Of a stretch of 64,000 bases of DNA, positions 1 to 64,000 are shown piece after piece (positions within the stretch are counted from its first letter, which is position 1; each line of letters begins with the position of its first letter). The notes below the pieces were generated by a model that was given only the letters and a program-made list of their open reading frames with translations, ran no database searches and was not told where the DNA came from. Source of the DNA: Octopus vulgaris (taxonomy: Eukaryota). The stretch lies in the NCBI GenBank assembly GCA_951406725.2, contig OX597841.1, forward strand, positions 12,152,001 to 12,216,000, given 5' to 3'. Position numbers and translations under genes: made by a program.

Positions 1-1194
1 TTCCACAACAGATTCCTGGTAGTTCTGTGAGAGGTCACTAGTAGTTCTGCAAGGGCTCATTAGATTTTCCATGGAAGATTGCTAGTAATTCTACAGGAAA
101 TTATAAAGGATCCCATAAGGAGCTCTACAAGAGTTTGCTAAGGGTTTTGTGACACTTTTGCAGTAGGTTGCTAGGTCCCACACAGGTCACTAGGCATTCA
201 GCAAGAAATAATGAGAAATACACTAATTCTATACAAATATAGTTTTGTATTTAATTATATGTTTGTAATTAACTGTATATACTTTCAAATTTTAACCCTT
301 TATTTCTCAACATAAAGCTGTTTCCCTCTATTTTATTCCCACCCAGTTGAGGGGTTCTTCAGTCTTCAGTGACATGGTGACCTCACTAGGGTTGATGCCA
401 TGGAAAAGAGCACACAGTTACTCTGTAAAGTGGTCAGTGTTAGGAAGGGCATCCAGTTGTAGAAACCATCCAAATCAGATATTGGAACAGACTTGGTGGA
501 TCCTCTTAAACTGTTGAACTTATGCCAACATGAAAGATGGACATTAAATGATGATGATGATATGTGACATATTTAGTAGAAAAATGCTGGTAACAGTAGG
601 TAGTAAAGAGACTTTACATAAAAATGGCTTCATAGAGAATTGTAGGGATATACAGTTGAAAACAGGGTCTTAGTAAAAAAGATAAAATTTTAAAACCTTC
701 TTTGTGATGTCTGATGAAGTTAACACTGACAAACCTTTCAAAGAATGTTTTAAGATTTAAGCTCTTATGAAAGGTAAATGAAAAGATTAAAAAAGAAATA
801 GAATAATTGCTGTGTAAGGTTTTCCATGAGACATGTAATGTATTCTAAGGATAAAACAGTTGGCCAATGTTGAACTAAATGTTGCTTGGTGTGCAAGTAA
901 TAGCAGCCAACTCAACCTCAAATCACACCCTACCATCTTAAATAAGTAATTTACGTTTATTTAATGTAGTCCTAGATACACACATACAGCTAATAATATG
1001 TAGTCAGGATTAAGCTATCAATGAAATTTTCTGCTGTTCTAGTGACTTCCAGTCTCATGTACCATGGAGATCTTTCATACTAGTGTCCACTCTTTTTACA
1101 GCTGTAAAATAATTGCCACTGAAACAAAACTCAAAAAATACTAAGAATGAAAATACTGAATCCTCAAGATGTTTAAACTATAGAGTGAAAAACA

Positions 1195-1480
1195 TTTTCA
1201 AGGCTTGAAAGAACTGAAGCTAGAATGCTTCACTGGATGTGCAATGTCAGTGTGCATGCATGAATGAGTGTAAGCATCCTGAAAGAAAAGTTGGGCATAA
1301 GAGGCATCAGATGTGGTGTGCAAGTGAGACGACTGAGCTGGTATGGTTATATGATGCATATGGATGTGGACAGCTGGGTAAAGTAGTGCCAATCTCTAAC
1401 TGTAGAGGGAACATGTGAAAGGGGTAGACACATGAAGACATGGGATCATGTGGTGAAGCATGATCTTCAAATATTGGGCC
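1195..1480 (+). mobile_element. RTE-clade LINE 3' fragment
   Basis: Decayed MLHWMC...GIRCGVQ..RL.WYG...GR...KTW C-terminus, similar to 13980-14300 and 42475-42990. Confidence 0.7.
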
Positions 1481-2991
1481 GCACATAAAATTAGTGCTTG
1501 GGGAGGAAGGTTTAACTTAAACAGCGTTTTTGTGTTAGTTTTTAAAGACAATTTGGAACTTTTAAAACTCTTCCAATAAGGAATTCTATGGACAGAAGCT
1601 TGATTTCAGCTTCTTGTTAATTAGTGGGGAAGGGGTAAAAATCTACTTCAGTGTAGGTTGGTGATCTGGGAAACAACTATGCAGACAGATTCCATATTTT
1701 TGTGGGATGTGCAAAGGCCAGGGGAGCAATGAGAAATTTTGGAAAAAGTTATTTTTCAGAAACTTGGCTTTAATTTCAAGCATGTTGAGAGACCATTTTG
1801 AAGCCTTGCACATTTCATCAGCTGGTTCGATACAAGAGGAAATGAGCAGCCAAGTTCAAAATAATCTGGAATATTGTTATGAGGACAGAGTTAAATATTC
1901 CAAAACCAGGAAGGGGATAGATTGAAAAATTCTTCTGGTAGATTTTCAATGGCTGGATGCCCTTTCTGTCCCCCATCTCACACCTATTTCCTCAGTCTAG
2001 GTGACACTCCCCCATAATTGGACATATTTTCACAGAGGAGTGGAAACAAGAGACACTGCTTGTATGACAGTGACATTCATTTACAGCTATTATACAATGT
2101 TAAGACAACAAGGCACCAATACACACATACAATGGGCTTCTTCAGTGTCTATCCTAGCTGATCAATGGCAAGGATTTGGTCAGCCCAGAGCTACATTAGA
2201 AGGCACTTGCCCAAAGTGTCCAGCAGTGAGACTGAAACTAAATCCACATAGATGGGAAATAAACTTCTTAACTACACAATCACACCTGTATTCATAGGTA
2301 CATGTGTGACGTGTATGTGTGTGTGTGTGTGCATGTATTCAGCAGATAAGTGAAGTGAGAGAATAGATGTTTATTCCATTAGTTTACAGCTGTTTCATAA
2401 TCATATTAGTTATAGACATTAATTTCAAATTTTGGCACAAAGCCAGCAATTTCAAGGGAGGGGAACGTTGATTACATCAATCCCAGCATTTGACAGGTAC
2501 TTATTTTATCAACCCTTCAAAGATAAAAGGCAAAGCCAACCATAGCAGAATTTGAACTCTTACAATGATGAAATGCCACAAAGCAATTTGCTTGGCATGC
2601 TAACAATTCTGCCAACTTGCCATCCTTAGTTCTATAATAGACATTATGTTACCATTCACATCATCATCATTTAACGTCCACTTTCCATGCTGGCATGGGT
2701 TGAACGTTTTGACTGAGGACTGGTGAACCAGAAGTCTGCACCAGGCTCCAATCTGATCTGGCAAAGTTTCTACAGCTGAATGCCCTTCCTAACACCAACC
2801 ACTCCGAGAGTGTAGTGAGTGCTTTTATGTGCCCACCAGTATGAGAGTATGAGGGACAGTCAGGCGGTTCTTGTAACGACCACACTCGAATGTTGTTTTT
2901 CACATGCCACCAGCACGTGCCGGTAAGGTGAAACTGCCAACAATCACATGTATATATATATATATATAAATTAGAATTACAAGTAAGATAC

Positions 2992-3214
2992 AATTAGAAT
3001 TACAAGTAAGATACAATTTATTAAAATATTTAAAACAAATAAATAAATATATATATGTAAAATACAAAATATACTTTAAGTTAAAACTAAATACTATAAT
3101 TTAATCTATATACATTAAATTAAATTATTAATTAATTTATTTAATAAATATCTAAATAAAATCTTATACTAATGAAGTAATTTATATTAAAAAGTTTGGG
3201 ATAATATTCCCTCA

Positions 3215-3274
<60 letters not shown>

Positions 3275-3505
3275 AATATGAGGGAATATTATCCCAAACT
3301 TTTTAATATAAATTACTTCATTAGTATAAGATTTTATTTAGATATTTATTAAATAAATAAATTAATTAATAATTTAATTTAATGTATATAGATTAAATTA
3401 TAGTATTTAGTTTTAACTTAAAGTATATTTTGTATTTTACATATATATATTTATTTATTTGTTTTAAATATTTTAATAAATTGTATCTTACTTGTAATTC
3501 TAATT
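2992..3505. repeat. Near-perfect AT-rich inverted repeat, arms about 240 bp, (TAT)n(TA)n centre
   Basis: Arms read as reverse complements, e.g. aagtttgggataatattccctcat / atgagggaatattatcccaaactt. Confidence 0.9.
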
Positions 3506-3541
3506 TTTTTTATTTAAACAAGAATATATTTCTTAAGATAT

Positions 3542-4693
3542 TGTTACGAGGGGGGGACCTCCGAAAACTGTACGGAATCCCTCAGACAGGCCCGATTCGA
3601 TCAGCGAATAAGCTACGGAAACTCAGAGAGAGGAGAAGAGAGACACAACAACAACAACCGCAGCAGCACAGAGAGGCACAGAGGCTTGGCAACAACTGGC
3701 AACACTGGCTTACATTCAACAACTAGTTTATATGACAATCAATGGTTACAACATCAAAGCATTTAAGGCAAACAACAAATCAATACATCATACGGGTATA
3801 CCACAGATCAAAGCATTTAACAACATGCATGTAACAATATATCAGTCCGGAGACACAACAAGTCATATACAGTATTTCAAAGGTACACGTCCGAAGACAC
3901 AGTTCTTTTTCCAAATCACATCAACAGATAACGTTCACAGTTCTTTATAATCTTTTTCTACACATATCAACACAATTCTGAACATAAATACCACAACTCG
4001 ATAATCGACATATCGACAAGTCCTTGACTGTTCTTTTCACTGTTCAATACACCAATTCTTTTCACTGTCTCTTTACATCGTGACATGTATCAATACATAA
4101 TCAAATACCTTAATTTCTAATTGAATCGCCAGTGTCCCAATATTGTACCTCATCTCTCCGTACCGCTAATTCCAGCTTGCAAAACTCCTGCATCCCAACT
4201 TGCTCCTAAAATTCCACCGCTTGCTCCTAAGATTCCAGAATCCGACTGTGTTCTTCGAGGACCGACCACCGACTGCCCAAAACCTCACTTCCTTGTCCTG
4301 ACTTCCACTACCCTAATCTCCCTCTGTCTCTATTTGTTATAGCCTCTCTATTTGCCCTCTGATTCCCTACTCTATCTCTATCACCTGCTGCCTATCACCC
4401 TCTCATGACAGCTCTACCATACTCTCTGCCTGTCCTTCTCTGCCCCCTCATCCTCTCTCACTGCCAATTCTTCCTCACATCTGTCCCTTAGCCTTATACT
4501 CTATCTCTCTCACTACTTTTCTTCCTCTTCTTCAAGGGATGTCTAGAACGACCCCTAATCGACCGCACAAGGCCAGAAAGGTCCCATTAATCTCCCATTA
4601 AACAAAGGACTGTCACTTTTTACTCCAGTCCTGCCGGCACCATTATTCCAAAGTGGGTCACCAAGAAACACTGCACTAGCTAAACTCATAACA
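3542..4693. mobile_element. Probable solo LTR (Gypsy-like, 4-bp TSD)
   Basis: TG...CA ends with inverted termini tgttacgag / ctcataaca; ATAT duplicated at 3538-3541 and 4694-4697; abrupt GC shift. Confidence 0.75.
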
Positions 4694-5431
4694 ATATTTT
4701 GTATTTTACAAGATTATTTATGTATATTTATTAATTTATCTAATTATCTTATTGTTTTTATCTTTAACCTGAAGAGTGGCTATATTTATATTGAAGTGAT
4801 TTTACTATTATCATTTCTTAAATATACCCACGAAACATTTTACCAAATATATATGTTTTATTTATTATTTTGCACATTACTTAATCATTGCTATATCTTT
4901 TATCTTATATTTAATCTTTCTATAAATGTAATTCTTCTAGATAGTATAATTTAATTTTTCATTACTGAATTGATAAAAGGTGTTTTTTTTAATATTTATA
5001 TATATATATATACACATATATATATATACATCTATATATATATATAAATGTGCTACATATATATTCTTTTGTTCTTTTTACTTGTTTCAGGCATTTAAGT
5101 GTGGCCATGCTGGAGCATCACCTTTAGTTGAACAAATCGACCCCAGGACTTAACCTTTGTAAGCCTAGTACTTATATTCTATCAGTCTCTTTTACTGAAC
5201 CATTGAGTTACGGGGACGTAAACACACTAACATCGGTTGTCAAGTGATGATGGACACACACTCACACAATGGGCTTCTTTCAGTTTCCATCTTCCAAATC
5301 CACTCACAAGACTTTGATCTGCTTGAGGTTATAGAAGACACTTGCCCAAGGTACCATGCAGTGGGACTGAACTGGGAACCATGCGGTTGGGAAGCAAGTT
5401 TCTTACCACACAGCCACTCCTGTGCCTATAT

Positions 5432-5466
<35 letters not shown>

Positions 5467-5533
5467 GTGTGACAGACAAATAGAGCCATATATAGATATA
5501 TACACACACATATCTATAATAAACATCACCTAC

Positions 5534-64000
<58,467 letters not shown>

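Noticed and set aside
1-5500. Searched for the next USP24 exon (FPWMLNMEPY-like and His box)
   Set aside because: No matching exon seen; it presumably lies beyond position 1.

Overview
AT-rich, repeat-dense eukaryotic DNA. The SINE/RTE families and microsatellite load suggest an octopus (coleoid cephalopod); this is an inference. The window lies inside one large minus-strand gene, the deubiquitinase USP24. I reconstructed 26 GT-AG exons with consistent phases (about 1110 aa), from the central region through the first half of the USP catalytic domain (Cys box [21 protein letters not shown] box); both gene ends lie outside the window. Two further frame-preserving exons are candidates: a 27-nt microexon that may be mutually exclusive with a 45-nt exon (both end in LDQ), and a 78-nt cassette with no counterpart in the human protein as I recall it. 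Introns carry a young IR/DR Tc1 (DD34E), two decayed DDxD mariner-like elements, a solo LTR with 4-bp TSD, RTE and R4/Dong-like fragments, many tRNA-SINEs, Penelope-like repeats with hammerhead-ribozyme cores, and several long foldback palindromes. Homology calls are from memory, not database searches.
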